Below, piece after piece: positions 9,385 to 19,069 of a stretch of DNA of 64,000 bases. The notes under the pieces were generated by a model, which did no database searches, was not told where the DNA came from, and worked only from the letters and a program-made list of their open reading frames with translations. Position numbers and translations under genes: made by a program. Position 1 is the stretch's first letter. Each line of letters starts with the position of its first letter. Source of the stretch: Candidatus Woesearchaeota archaeon (GTDB taxonomy: Archaea; Nanobdellota; Nanobdellia; SCGC-AAA011-G17; JACPIM01); contig CAZELK010000003.1 in the NCBI GenBank assembly GCA_964513145.1, forward strand, positions 1 through 64,000, written 5' to 3'.

Positions 9385-9924
9385 ATGAGATTATTTTTAG
9401 CTATTGAATTGCCTAATGAAGTTAAAGGTTACTTATTTAGCATAAAAGAAAAATTTAACCAAAATATAGCAAAAATTAACTGGGTTGCGAAAAAGAATCT
9501 GCACCTAACTTTAAAATTCTTGAATGAAGTTGATGAAAAACTTCTTAATGACGTTATTGAAGAACTTAAAAAAATAAAATTCAACAAATTTAACTTAGAA
9601 TTAGACAAACTTAGTGGATTTCCTAATGAAAACTATGTTCGCGTTTTATGGGTTGGATTAAGTAATTTTAATAAAGTTATTGAACTACAACAATCTATTG
9701 AGGAATCTTTAATTAAATATTTTACTAAAGACAAAGACTTTAGCTGCCATATCACTTTAGGGAGAGTAAAGTTTATCAAAGATAAAAAAAACTTTAATTC
9801 TATAATTAATAACATTAAGATAGATAACATGAAATTTTTAGTTGATTCTTTTAGCTTAATTAAAAGTGATTTAAGTAAGGACTCACCAAAATATACATTA
9901 ATTCAAAATTTTAAGGCAGAATAA
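9385..9924 (+). CDS. thpR: RNA 2',3'-cyclic phosphodiesterase (2H family)
   Basis: MRLFLAIELP, HLTLKFL and HITLGRVK 2H motifs. Confidence 0.92.
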   Translation: MRLFLAIELPNEVKGYLFSIKEKFNQNIAKINWVAKKNLHLTLKFLNEVDEKLLNDVIEELKKIKFNKFNLELDKLSGFPNENYVRVLWVGLSNFNKVIELQQSIEESLIKYFTKDKDFSCHITLGRVKFIKDKKNFNSIINNIKIDNMKFLVDSFSLIKSDLSKDSPKYTLIQNFKAE

Positions 9925-9953
9925 TTTTTAAAGTCTTGTTGCTTGTTATTTTT

Positions 9954-11066
9954 ATGAGTTATGATGAAAAACTTGTAAAAGAAATATTGGCTAAGGTGGA
10001 CATCAAAATTAATGGAAAAAGACCTTGGGATATTAAAGTTTACAATCCAGATTTTTATTCCAGAATTTTATCTTACGGATCATTAGCTTTGGGCGAATCT
10101 TATATGGATGGCTGGTGGGATTGCAATTCTATTGATACATTGATTTCAAGAATTTTAAGAAATGAACTGAATAAAAAAATTAATTTTAAAAATTTAATAT
10201 TTCCAGTTATTAAATCCAAACTTTTTAATTTGCAAAACCTTGCCAGAGCTTTTCAAATTGGCGAAAGGCATTATGATATTGGAAATGAATTCTATAAAAA
10301 TATGCTTGATAAAAGAATGATTTATAGCTGTGGTTATTGGAAGAATACAAAAAATCTTGATCAAGCACAAACAGCAAAATTAGATTTAATTTGCAGAAAA
10401 ATCGGGTTGAAAAAAGGGATGAAAATCCTGGATATTGGCTGTGGATGGGGCGGATTTGCAAAATATGCTGCTGAAAAATATAATGTTGAAGTTATTGGTG
10501 TGACTGTTTCAAAAGAACAGCTTAAGCTTGCAAAAGAAGTATGCAATGGACTTCCTGTTAAACTATTGCTACAAGATTATAGGACATTAAATGGTGAATT
10601 TGACCATATTATTTCTATAGGCATGTTTGAACATGTTGGCTATAAAAATTATCAAACTTATATGAATGTTGTTAACAGATGTTTAAAAGATGATGGTTTA
10701 TTTTTATTACACACAATAGGGGGAAATACTTCCCATATCATGACTGAACCATGGATAGACAAATACATTTTTCCAAACTCATTAATACCTTCTGCTATAC
10801 AGATAATTCGTGCTACAGAAGGATCATTTGTTCTTGAGGACTGGCATAATTTTGGTGCAGACTATGACAAAACTTTAATGGCTTGGTACAATAACTTCAA
10901 AAAAAATTGGGTTAAAATTCAAAAAAATTATAACTATAGATTTTATAGAATGTGGACTTATTATCTATTGAGCTGTGCAGGATCATTTAGGGCAAGATAT
11001 AATCAGATTTGGCAGATTGTTTTTTCTAAAAAAGGACTAAAAAATGGCTATGTTAGTGTTAGATAA
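9954..11066 (+). CDS. cfa: Cyclopropane fatty-acyl-phospholipid synthase (bacterial type)
   Basis: GSLALGESYMDGWWDC, HYDIGNEFY, YSCGYW, LDIGCGWGG, SIGMFEHVG, WIDKYIFPN; ATG 9954 preferred to TTG 9936. Confidence 0.92.
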   Translation: MSYDEKLVKEILAKVDIKINGKRPWDIKVYNPDFYSRILSYGSLALGESYMDGWWDCNSIDTLISRILRNELNKKINFKNLIFPVIKSKLFNLQNLARAFQIGERHYDIGNEFYKNMLDKRMIYSCGYWKNTKNLDQAQTAKLDLICRKIGLKKGMKILDIGCGWGGFAKYAAEKYNVEVIGVTVSKEQLKLAKEVCNGLPVKLLLQDYRTLNGEFDHIISIGMFEHVGYKNYQTYMNVVNRCLKDDGLFLLHTIGGNTSHIMTEPWIDKYIFPNSLIPSAIQIIRATEGSFVLEDWHNFGADYDKTLMAWYNNFKKNWVKIQKNYNYRFYRMWTYYLLSCAGSFRARYNQIWQIVFSKKGLKNGYVSVR

Positions 11067-11109
11067 TAAAAGGCAATATTTAAGTATTTTTTGTATATGG
11101 TAGTTTACC

Positions 11110-11463
11110 ATGCTAGATAATTTGACCAGGGATTTGTTAAAAGAATCTTTTAATTTCTTAATTAGACAAAAATACCCAAATACTGGTGTTGTAAATTCTT
11201 TAAAGGATCATTTGTCTGATAAATTTGAATTAAATGGCAATGGGACATTATCGGAATTTATTGCTGGATATGCTTATTTTAGATTTACTTATATAGAAAA
11301 ATGCTTAGTAGGGAATAATTTTTTATTTGGTGAGATGGGGAAAGAAAAAGCTATAGATTTTAAAGTTAGGGAGGGGGTTGATGTTGAATCTCTGGTTGAA
11401 AGGGCATTTAATCTATTATCTCATAATTATGACTTATCTTTATATTCACTTTCTATTAAATGA
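11110..11463 (+). CDS. Hypothetical protein
   Basis: 117-aa ORF with ATG, no recognised motif; 3' end overlaps the convergent ERCC4 gene. Confidence 0.5.
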   Translation: MLDNLTRDLLKESFNFLIRQKYPNTGVVNSLKDHLSDKFELNGNGTLSEFIAGYAYFRFTYIEKCLVGNNFLFGEMGKEKAIDFKVREGVDVESLVERAFNLLSHNYDLSLYSLSIK

Positions 11464-12095
11464 AGAATTTGCATTGCTTTTTTAGGTCCGATTTTTTCTA
11501 CTTCTTTTAATTGTTTTTCATCAGCATTTATTATATTTTTTACAGATTTAAAATTTTTTAACAGTAATTTTGAAATCTCCGGTCCAATACCTGGAAATGA
11601 ACTTATCAATAATTCTTGTTGTTCTTTTAATGTTAGTGGTTTTCTTTGTCTTAGTAATGATGTTAATTTTTTTGGTTTTTCTAATCTTCTTGCTATAATT
11701 GTGATTAACTTTGCTGTATCTTTGTGATTTCTTGTATATAACATTGGAACCTGGAAATCAATTGCTATAGATGCCAACATACCCCTAATTGCATTTGGGT
11801 GAAAATTACGCATACGATATAAATTTTCAGTGCCTTCTATTATTAATATTGGGTGCGAAAAGTTTTCCCTTAGAATATTCAGTTGATTTATAATTCTTTT
11901 ATCTATAATTGAATTTAAGAAATCCTCTTTAGTTTTTCTTTCTATACCTATCAGCTGTTTATTGTTGTTTTCGTTGTTTCCTTCTATGATAAAATCTGCA
12001 GAAATTAATCGCTTTAATTCGATTTCATTTTCTTTTGCAAGTTCAGTAACTATACCAGATTATCTTTCCCTGTGATCTACTATTATTTTTACCAT
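11427..12095 (-). pseudogene. ERCC4/XPF nuclease (Hef nuclease moiety) with one in-frame TAA at codon 12
   Basis: Reads MVKIIVDHRER*SGIV...ADFII...IERKTKEDFLNSIIDKR...FHPNAIRG...HhH FPGIG; TAA at 12060-12062; 669 nt, all one frame. Confidence 0.8.
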
Positions 12096-12100
12096 TTTAA

Positions 12101-12150
12101 ATCAGAACCTTAGGTTCCGATACCTCCTGTGAAAAGCGTTTACGGAAACT
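12101..12150 (+). repeat. Dispersed palindromic repeat family A, copy 2
   Basis: ATCAGAACC-TTA-GGTTCCGAT + acctcctgtgaaaagcgtttacggaaa; shares the tail with copy 1. Confidence 0.7.
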
Positions 12151-12206
12151 GAAAAACTATTATATTTTTATATTTGGTGTTTAATCAAAAACCTTCCGAT
12201 TATGAA

Positions 12207-13694
12207 TTATTCTAAAGTCAGTTGTTTTTCTTTTTCGTTTTTCAATTTTGAAACTATATTTTTCATTTTAACTTCTTTTCTTCTTGATGTGTAGAAATAA
12301 GCTATATCTCTCGAATTTTTTGTCATTAAAAAAATAACTTTTCCAGCACTCAGTCTTCCTATTCTACCCCTTCTTTGAATATTTCTTATTTCACTTGGCA
12401 CTGCATCATAAAAAACAGCTAGTTTAGCTGCAGAGATATGAATTCCTTCTTCTCCGATAGATGTACAAACCAAAATATTGTATAAATTATTTTCAAAATC
12501 CTTTAAAGTTTGAATTTGCTGCTTTTGGGTAACGCCTTCTTTTTGCCCAACTAAAAAAGCTGGCTGGGCATTTTCTACTGATTTTAATTCATTCACAATT
12601 TCTGAGACTGAATTTCTGAAATTTGCAAATACTATTATTTTTGAGTTTGAATTTTGTTTTAATTCATCTGCAATTATTTCCTTTAATTTGTGGATTTTTG
12701 GGTGTTTAAATGTTTTAGATAATTCTTCTGTTTTTTCAATTACTTTTTTTATTTTTTCATTATTTAAAATTTGTTTAGATGCTTTGGTTGTTTCTGTTTT
12801 TAATTTTTCAAAATAATCATTTAATTGATTAAGACCTTGCGTTTCCAATAAGTCTAAGGCATGATCCAATTTTAAAATTTGGGATGTTAATGATATGCCG
12901 TAAAAAGCCATAAAACCCTTTTTACTTATTTCTGCCCTGAACCTGTTTTGAAGCAAAATTAAATCTTTTTTATTTATTAAATAAGCTGGTTTTGTAAATC
13001 CAACTTTTTTTAGATCCAATAATTTCTCATTTTTTACATCTCTTAATAATTTTTGCAGTTCCAGTAATTCTGGCGGCAATTCCACTAAAATGCTAGAAGT
13101 ATCTTTCTTTTGAACATATTCCTTAACATCTTTGTCTTCTTCAGTCCTTATTTCTATTTTTTGGATGTTTAAGTTTTTACAAATTTCATCTATTTTTTCT
13201 TTTGTATTTCCAGGGGATGCTGTTAATGCCAGAACTTTATTTTTAAAATCTTTTGCTATTATTGTACTGGCATATTTCATTCTTGATCTATGGCACTCAT
13301 CAATAATTAACAAAGAGATAGAATTTAAATTTATTTTATTTTTCTCAACTTCTTTTGCGATTGTTTGTGGTGTAGCCCCAATTATTAAAGCCTCGTTCCA
13401 TAAACTTTCCCTTTTATTTTGAGCTATGGCTCCAGTAAGTAAATTTATTTTCTCTTTATCTATATTAGTCTTATTTTGAAATTCGTTACATAATTGAAAA
13501 ACCAATGGTTTTGTCGGTGCTGTGATTAAAATTTTGGAATTTGGATTTTTGTTTAATTCGTGAATGGCCAGAAGTATTGCCACACTAGTCTTACCAAGCC
13601 CTGTTGGTAGTATAACTAAGGTATTGTTTTCTTTACATGTTTCTAAAATTGATTTTTGATATTCTCTAGGGGAGAAATTTTTTATCTGGAACAT
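12207..13694 (-). CDS. hef: Hef/FANCM-like DEAH helicase (helicase part only)
   Basis: PREYQ, LPTGLGKT, DECHR, LTASPG, TSIGEEG, QRRGRIGR. Confidence 0.92.
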   Translation of the reverse strand: MFQIKNFSPREYQKSILETCKENNTLVILPTGLGKTSVAILLAIHELNKNPNSKILITAPTKPLVFQLCNEFQNKTNIDKEKINLLTGAIAQNKRESLWNEALIIGATPQTIAKEVEKNKINLNSISLLIIDECHRSRMKYASTIIAKDFKNKVLALTASPGNTKEKIDEICKNLNIQKIEIRTEEDKDVKEYVQKKDTSSILVELPPELLELQKLLRDVKNEKLLDLKKVGFTKPAYLINKKDLILLQNRFRAEISKKGFMAFYGISLTSQILKLDHALDLLETQGLNQLNDYFEKLKTETTKASKQILNNEKIKKVIEKTEELSKTFKHPKIHKLKEIIADELKQNSNSKIIVFANFRNSVSEIVNELKSVENAQPAFLVGQKEGVTQKQQIQTLKDFENNLYNILVCTSIGEEGIHISAAKLAVFYDAVPSEIRNIQRRGRIGRLSAGKVIFLMTKNSRDIAYFYTSRRKEVKMKNIVSKLKNEKEKQLTLE

Positions 13695-13755
13695 AACCCT
13701 AAATTGATAATAAAGTATATAAATCTTAATTTTCAGGATTTAAAATTGGATAAAA

Positions 13756-16608
13756 ATGGTTGATTATAAATATTTTGAAACTGAGAATGAAATTTTAGAT
13801 TATTGGAGAAATAAAAAAATATTTGATAAATTAAGAAAAAGAAACAAAGAGAGTAAACCTTTTTCGTTTTTAGATGGTCCAATAACTGCCAATAACCCCA
13901 TGGGTGTGCATCATGCTTGGGGCAGAACTCTAAAAGATTTATTTCAAAGGTATAAAGCGATGCAAGGATATGATGGAAGATATCAAAATGGATTTGACTG
14001 CCAGGGTTTATGGCTAGAAGTAGAAACTGAGAAGGATTTAGGGTTTAATTCCAAAAAAGATATTGAAAATTTTGGATTGGATAAATTTTCTAAAGCCTGC
14101 AGGCAAAGAGTTGAAAAGTTTTCTAAAATACAAACAGAACAATCTATACATTTGGGTCAATGGATGGATTGGGGCAACGATTATTTTACAATGAATGATG
14201 ATAATATCCAATCAATATGGTATTTTTTGAAAAGATGTCATGAGAAAAATTGGTTATATAAAGGCAAAAGAATATTGCCATGGTGTATAAGATGTGGAAC
14301 AAGTTCTTCAAAACATGAAATGAGTGATGAAGGATACGCTGAATTAGTTCACCCCTCTGTTTATGTAAAAGCAAAAATCAGAGGAAGGGATAATGAATTT
14401 TTGTTAATTTGGACAACTACTGAATGGACTCTTTTGTCGAATGTTGCAGCTGCGGTTAATCCAGACATTAATTATGTAAAAGCAAAAAAAGGAAATGAAA
14501 TTTATTATATTTCTGAAGGCACAGCAACTAAATTAGGAAAAGAATATACTATTCTTAGTAAATTAAAAGGTGTTGACTTAGTTGGTTTAGAATATGAATC
14601 TTTTTTTCCAGACATTGAAGTACAAAAGGGAATCAAACCAAAAGTAATTCCTTGGAATGAAGTTGGTGAAACAGACGGTACTGGAATAGTTCATATAGCT
14701 CCAAGTTGCGGAGATGCGGATTATGAAATTGGGAAAAAATTAAATTTGAAAATTTTAGATGCTGCTTTAGATGATTTTGGAAATTATAATAAAGGATTTG
14801 GATTTGTAACTGGGAAAAATGTAAAGGATGTTAAAAAAGAGATTGTAAAAGATCTGGAAAAAAGAAAATTACTATTTAAAATTGAAAATTATAAACACAG
14901 ATATCCTATTTGCTGGAGATGTAAAGAAGAGCTTGTTTTTAGATTGGATTCTTCTTGGTTTATAAGATGTGATGAAATAAGACCAATTATGAAAAAAGAA
15001 GCTGCAAAAGTGGAATGGTATCCAGAACATACTGGAAAATTAATGCAGGATTGGCTGGATAATATGGAAGACTGGAATATTTCAAGAAGAAGATATTGGG
15101 GACTACCTTTAATGTTTTTTGAATGTTCAAAATGCAATAATATTGAAGTTATTGGTTCTTTAAAAGAATTAAAAGAAAAAGCTATTGACAAGAAAGAGGT
15201 TGAAAAATTACCAGAATTGCATAGGCCTTGGATAGATAAAATAAAAATAAAATGTAAATGCGGACAAATTGTAGAAAGAATAAAAGATGTTGGAGACTGC
15301 TGGCTAGATGCTGGAATAGTTCCATTTTCTACTATTAAATATTTTGAAGATAAAAAATATTGGAAGAAATGGTTTCCTGTTGAACTAGAAATTGAAATGA
15401 GAGCACAAGTAAGGTTGTGGTTTTACGCCCAATTATTTATGTCTGTTGTTTTAGAAGGTGTTGCTCCATATAAAAGGATTCTTGCTTATGAAGAAGTAAG
15501 AGATGAAAAAGGAGAGTCAATGCATAAAAGCAAGGGAAATGCAATTTGGTTTAATGAAGCTGTAGAAAAGATGGGTGCTGATGTGATGAGGTGGCAATAC
15601 TGCAGCCAAAATCCCCAATTCAATTTAAATTTTGGATATGGTCCTGGCAAAGAGATTCAAAGATATTTATTAGTAATCTTGAATTTAGCTAATTATGTAA
15701 AACAAAATTCTAAAAGTTTATCTAAAGAACTTAGTAAGGATCCTGCAAGCCTATGGATTCTATCAAAAATTGAAAATCTAAAATTAAGAGTTACTAATTA
15801 TTTAGATTCTCTTGAGTATCATAGAGCTTTAGAAGAAATTAAGAATTTTTTATTATTTGATTTTTCAAAAACTTATATTCATTTTGTTAGAGATGATTTG
15901 GATGATGGAAAAGTGCAAAAAGTTTTATTTGAAGTTTATTTAGAAGCTATAACTTTGCTAGCCCCTTTTTTACCTTTTTTAACAGAAAAAATAAATTTAG
16001 ATGTTTATGAAAAAGAATCTATTCATTTACAGTCTTGGCCTAAATCAAATAAAAAATTAATTAATGAAGAATTAGAAACTGCAATAGAGTACAGCAATGA
16101 AATAATTCAAGGAATAATGGCTGCAAGAGAAAAAGTTAAGATTGGAGTCAGATGGCCATTAAAAAAAGCCAGTATATTTATGCATAGGGAAAACGAAAAA
16201 ATAGCTGATGCTGCAAACTCTTTAACTGATTTAATATTAAAACAGACAAATTTAAAGAAAATAGATTTTATTGTTTTAGATGAAACACTTGATGAAGCAG
16301 TGAATGGAACTATGTTTAAATTTGGATATCTTAGGCTGGATACTACAATGACAGAAGAATTAGAAGAGGAAGGATATTATAGGGAAATAATGAGAAGAAT
16401 TCAAGATTTAAGAAAAAAAAGTAATTTGAAAAAAGAAGATAGAATTAATCTTAATATTAATTTAGATATTAACTTAAAAGAATATGAAAAGGAAATAAAG
16501 GAAAGAGCAGGTATTAATAAATTAAGTTTTGGCAACAAAAACTATAAGACTTCTAATAATGGTAAAATAAAAGAAAAAGATTTTGAAATTAGCATGGAAG
16601 TCATTTAA
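13756..16608 (+). CDS. ileS: Isoleucyl-tRNA synthetase
   Basis: DGPITANNPMGVHHAWGRT, GFDCQGL, WTTTEWTL, WNISRRRYWG, MHKSKGN. Confidence 0.9.
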   Translation: MVDYKYFETENEILDYWRNKKIFDKLRKRNKESKPFSFLDGPITANNPMGVHHAWGRTLKDLFQRYKAMQGYDGRYQNGFDCQGLWLEVETEKDLGFNSKKDIENFGLDKFSKACRQRVEKFSKIQTEQSIHLGQWMDWGNDYFTMNDDNIQSIWYFLKRCHEKNWLYKGKRILPWCIRCGTSSSKHEMSDEGYAELVHPSVYVKAKIRGRDNEFLLIWTTTEWTLLSNVAAAVNPDINYVKAKKGNEIYYISEGTATKLGKEYTILSKLKGVDLVGLEYESFFPDIEVQKGIKPKVIPWNEVGETDGTGIVHIAPSCGDADYEIGKKLNLKILDAALDDFGNYNKGFGFVTGKNVKDVKKEIVKDLEKRKLLFKIENYKHRYPICWRCKEELVFRLDSSWFIRCDEIRPIMKKEAAKVEWYPEHTGKLMQDWLDNMEDWNISRRRYWGLPLMFFECSKCNNIEVIGSLKELKEKAIDKKEVEKLPELHRPWIDKIKIKCKCGQIVERIKDVGDCWLDAGIVPFSTIKYFEDKKYWKKWFPVELEIEMRAQVRLWFYAQLFMSVVLEGVAPYKRILAYEEVRDEKGESMHKSKGNAIWFNEAVEKMGADVMRWQYCSQNPQFNLNFGYGPGKEIQRYLLVILNLANYVKQNSKSLSKELSKDPASLWILSKIENLKLRVTNYLDSLEYHRALEEIKNFLLFDFSKTYIHFVRDDLDDGKVQKVLFEVYLEAITLLAPFLPFLTEKINLDVYEKESIHLQSWPKSNKKLINEELETAIEYSNEIIQGIMAAREKVKIGVRWPLKKASIFMHRENEKIADAANSLTDLILKQTNLKKIDFIVLDETLDEAVNGTMFKFGYLRLDTTMTEELEEEGYYREIMRRIQDLRKKSNLKKEDRINLNINLDINLKEYEKEIKERAGINKLSFGNKNYKTSNNGKIKEKDFEISMEVI

Positions 16609-16610
16609 AA

Positions 16611-16625
16611 GAAACCTTTAAATAA
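16611..16625 (+). promoter_or_regulatory. Probable BRE/TATA promoter
   Basis: GAAACCTTTAAATAA about 27 nt upstream of ATG 16652. Confidence 0.5.
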
Positions 16626-16651
16626 TATCTTAATTAATGTATAATTAAAAG

Positions 16652-17521
16652 ATGGTGGTTGCTATTAAAAAATTTTGTTTATTTGTATTAGTTATTTTAA
16701 TTTTTAATTCTGTTGCTTTAGCTTACTTAGAGGGTGGATCTAATTTGGATGTAGTTGTGCCTAAAGAAGATGAAAAGAGAACTACAACGAGTATTTTTGT
16801 CAGAGTAGACAACCTTTATATCAATAATAAAGGTCCGATAACGAACCTGAATTATCCAACTGATTCTATTGTTGTGAGCGGAAATTTAGTTGAATTTGGC
16901 TGGAGATATAGTGATCCAGAAGGAAATAGCCAGGTCAATTATGTTTTAGAAATAGATGATGACCCAAGATTTCTGAGTCCTCTTACTTATTATGGTTTTA
17001 GTGAGACAACAAGAAAGGTTTACATTGTTCAAGGAAACAAAGATTATTATTGGAGGGTTAAAAGCAAGGATGATTTTGGATGGGGGCAATTTTCAGATGT
17101 AGAATCTTTTTATTCTGATACAACAAGGAAAGTTTGTGAAGGTGGTACACAGTATTCACAATGCTCTGCAATTGATTTTAGATATTGTGATTTTGGAGAA
17201 CTTAGAGATAATTGCAAATCTTGTGGATGTCCATTAAATAGTATTTGTACCATGAGTGGTGTCTGTGTTGAAAAAACCTGTTTTGATGGTACAAAATATG
17301 GTTTTTGTAACTTAAATAAGCAACCTAATTTTTGTCAGAATGGGGTTTTAAAAGAGGTTTGTAGTTTGTGCGGGTGTCCTGATGGAAAAGAGTGTCAGTC
17401 AGATGGAACTTGCAGTACAGTTACAATAAAGGAAGAGAGGTCTATAGACAAAACAGATTTTGCCAAAAGTAATTTAATATTTGATTTCTTTAATTTTTTT
17501 AAATCTATTTTTAGTTTTTAA
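16652..17521 (+). CDS. Secreted surface protein with FN3/Ig-like domain and Cys-rich repeats
   Basis: Signal peptide, WRYSDPEG...YYWRVKSKD...WGQFS, two C..GT.Y..C...CSLCGCP repeats. Confidence 0.7.
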   Translation: MVVAIKKFCLFVLVILIFNSVALAYLEGGSNLDVVVPKEDEKRTTTSIFVRVDNLYINNKGPITNLNYPTDSIVVSGNLVEFGWRYSDPEGNSQVNYVLEIDDDPRFLSPLTYYGFSETTRKVYIVQGNKDYYWRVKSKDDFGWGQFSDVESFYSDTTRKVCEGGTQYSQCSAIDFRYCDFGELRDNCKSCGCPLNSICTMSGVCVEKTCFDGTKYGFCNLNKQPNFCQNGVLKEVCSLCGCPDGKECQSDGTCSTVTIKEERSIDKTDFAKSNLIFDFFNFFKSIFSF

Positions 17522-17579
17522 TGAGCAACTTAATTTTTAAAGGCTATATTTATAAATTTCTTGAAATTTGAATGATAAT

Positions 17580-17972
17580 ATGAAAACAATTCTAGTTGAT
17601 GCGGTAGGTACTTTTGTTATAGAATGTGATGGTACTTTTAAAATTTTTAAAAAAATGCATAATTTACTAGAGACCTTTCCAAATAGAAAAATTATTCTTA
17701 CTGGAGCGAATGATGAAGAGTTTATGAAGTTTGGTTTGAATAATATGCCTTATGAAGTTTTTACTTTAAAACATAATCCAGAGAAAACCAACCAAAAATA
17801 TTATGAACTTATGCTCCAGCATTTTGGTTTTTATAAGGACAATATTGTCTATTTTGAACATAATCCTGTGGCGGTAAAAAGCGCACAATCTTGTGGTATA
17901 AAATCCCATTATTATGATCCAAAGAAAAAAGATCTGGTGGCTCTGAAAAAATTCCTGATCAAAAATCTTTAA
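17580..17972 (+). CDS. Short HAD-like hydrolase
   Basis: ILVDAVGTF motif I-like, LTGAN, HNPEK, YFEHN..AVKSA..CGI; ATG 17580 preferred. Confidence 0.65.
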   Translation: MKTILVDAVGTFVIECDGTFKIFKKMHNLLETFPNRKIILTGANDEEFMKFGLNNMPYEVFTLKHNPEKTNQKYYELMLQHFGFYKDNIVYFEHNPVAVKSAQSCGIKSHYYDPKKKDLVALKKFLIKNL

Positions 17973-18122
17973 GAAAGACTTTTATTAAATAGTAAAATTT
18001 GTCCCAAGATTTTTTATGAATTATTATATTGTATTATGAGAGCTCCAGATTAATTGATGTTTGCCTACACAAACCCAGTTTTTCGTAAGCTTTATATATT
18101 GACCAAAATCTAAAATCTTTTT

Positions 18123-18545
18123 ATGACTAGAGTATATAATGTAGATCAATCCAAGCTTGTAATTAAAACAGCTGAGGAATTAAAGAAAATTGATGTTTTA
18201 AAAAAGCCAATGTGGGCAAACTTTGTAAAGACTGGTGTAGCAAAAGAAAGACCACCTATGGAAGGTGATTGGTGGCATAAAAGGGCTGCGTCTATATTGA
18301 GAAAGATTTATGTTTATAATTTAATAGGGGTTAACAGGCTAAGGGTTAAATATAGTTCCAGAAAAAATAATGGCCACAAACCAGAACATACTAATTCAGC
18401 TTCTGGAAAAATTATAAGAACAATTTTACAACAGCTTGAAAAAGCAGAACTTGTCAAGAAAGCAGAAATTAAGAAAAGGAAAGGCAGGGTATTAACTGCC
18501 AAAGGCAAAAGTTTTCTGGACAAAATAGCACAAAATGTCAAATAA
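18123..18545 (+). CDS. rps19e: 30S ribosomal protein S19e
   Basis: WANFVKTGVAKERPP, WWHKRAASILRK, SGKIIRTILQQLE. Confidence 0.96.
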   Translation: MTRVYNVDQSKLVIKTAEELKKIDVLKKPMWANFVKTGVAKERPPMEGDWWHKRAASILRKIYVYNLIGVNRLRVKYSSRKNNGHKPEHTNSASGKIIRTILQQLEKAELVKKAEIKKRKGRVLTAKGKSFLDKIAQNVK

Positions 18546-18804
18546 TGATGAAACTGAGGCTATAGAACTTCAAAAACAAATAAATTTTCTAGAAAATACA
18601 TTAAAACCATATCTTTCAAAAGAGGCTTTAACAAGGTATTTTACAATAAAGACAACTAACCCAAAATTTGCCTTACAAATACTAGCTTTTATTTACCAAG
18701 CTATAAACCAAAAATATATAAAAGGGCAGTTAAGTGATAATGAATTTAAGGATCTGTTAAGAAAAATACAAGAACCGAAAAAGGAGTTTAGGATTAGGAA
18801 ATGA
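18535..18804 (+). CDS. PDCD5-family DNA-binding protein
   Basis: LSKEALTR, LSDNEFKDLLRKI...KEFRIRK; conserved position between rps19e and rpl39e. Confidence 0.8.
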   Translation: MSNNDETEAIELQKQINFLENTLKPYLSKEALTRYFTIKTTNPKFALQILAFIYQAINQKYIKGQLSDNEFKDLLRKIQEPKKEFRIRK

Positions 18805-18833
18805 ATCTTTTTAATAAAAAGTTTATCAAAAAA
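18804..18833 (+). repeat. Repeat family B copy
   Basis: aatctttttaataaaaagtttatcaaaaaa at the PDCD5 stop. Confidence 0.6.
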
Positions 18834-18863
18834 CCTGGACTTTATGAAAAATAGAAAACGAAA

Positions 18864-19037
18864 ATGTCAAGAGTCAAACCAGCTGCAAAGAAAAAACGTT
18901 TAATTAAATTAATGTCCCAAACCAAGTGGGCTCCATTTTGGACTGTTTTAAAAATATATGGACCTAAGAGAAGAGTTCACCCCAGCAGACATACTGCAGT
19001 AAAAAGACACTGGAGAAGGGTAAAGACCAAAGCATAA
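18864..19037 (+). CDS. rpl39e: 50S ribosomal protein L39e (missed by ORF track)
   Basis: Own translation, 57 aa: MSRVKPAAKKKRLIKLMSQTKWAPFWTVLKIYGPKRRVHPSRHTAVKRHWRRVKTKA; canonical position before rpl31e. Confidence 0.92.
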   Translation: MSRVKPAAKKKRLIKLMSQTKWAPFWTVLKIYGPKRRVHPSRHTAVKRHWRRVKTKA

Positions 19038-19062
19038 GAACCAAGGTTCTTATCACCTCCTT
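19034..19062 (+). repeat. Dispersed palindromic repeat family A, copy 3
   Basis: ATAAGAACCAAGGTTCTTAT identical to copy 1, followed by CACCTCCTT; lies between rpl39e and rpl31e. Confidence 0.8.
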
Positions 19063-19069
19063 AACTAAA

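Noticed and set aside
12060-12062. Stop-codon reassignment or a hidden intron explaining the ERCC4 TAA
   Set aside because: TAA terminates most genes in the window; local spacing matches intact homologues and no BHB can be folded
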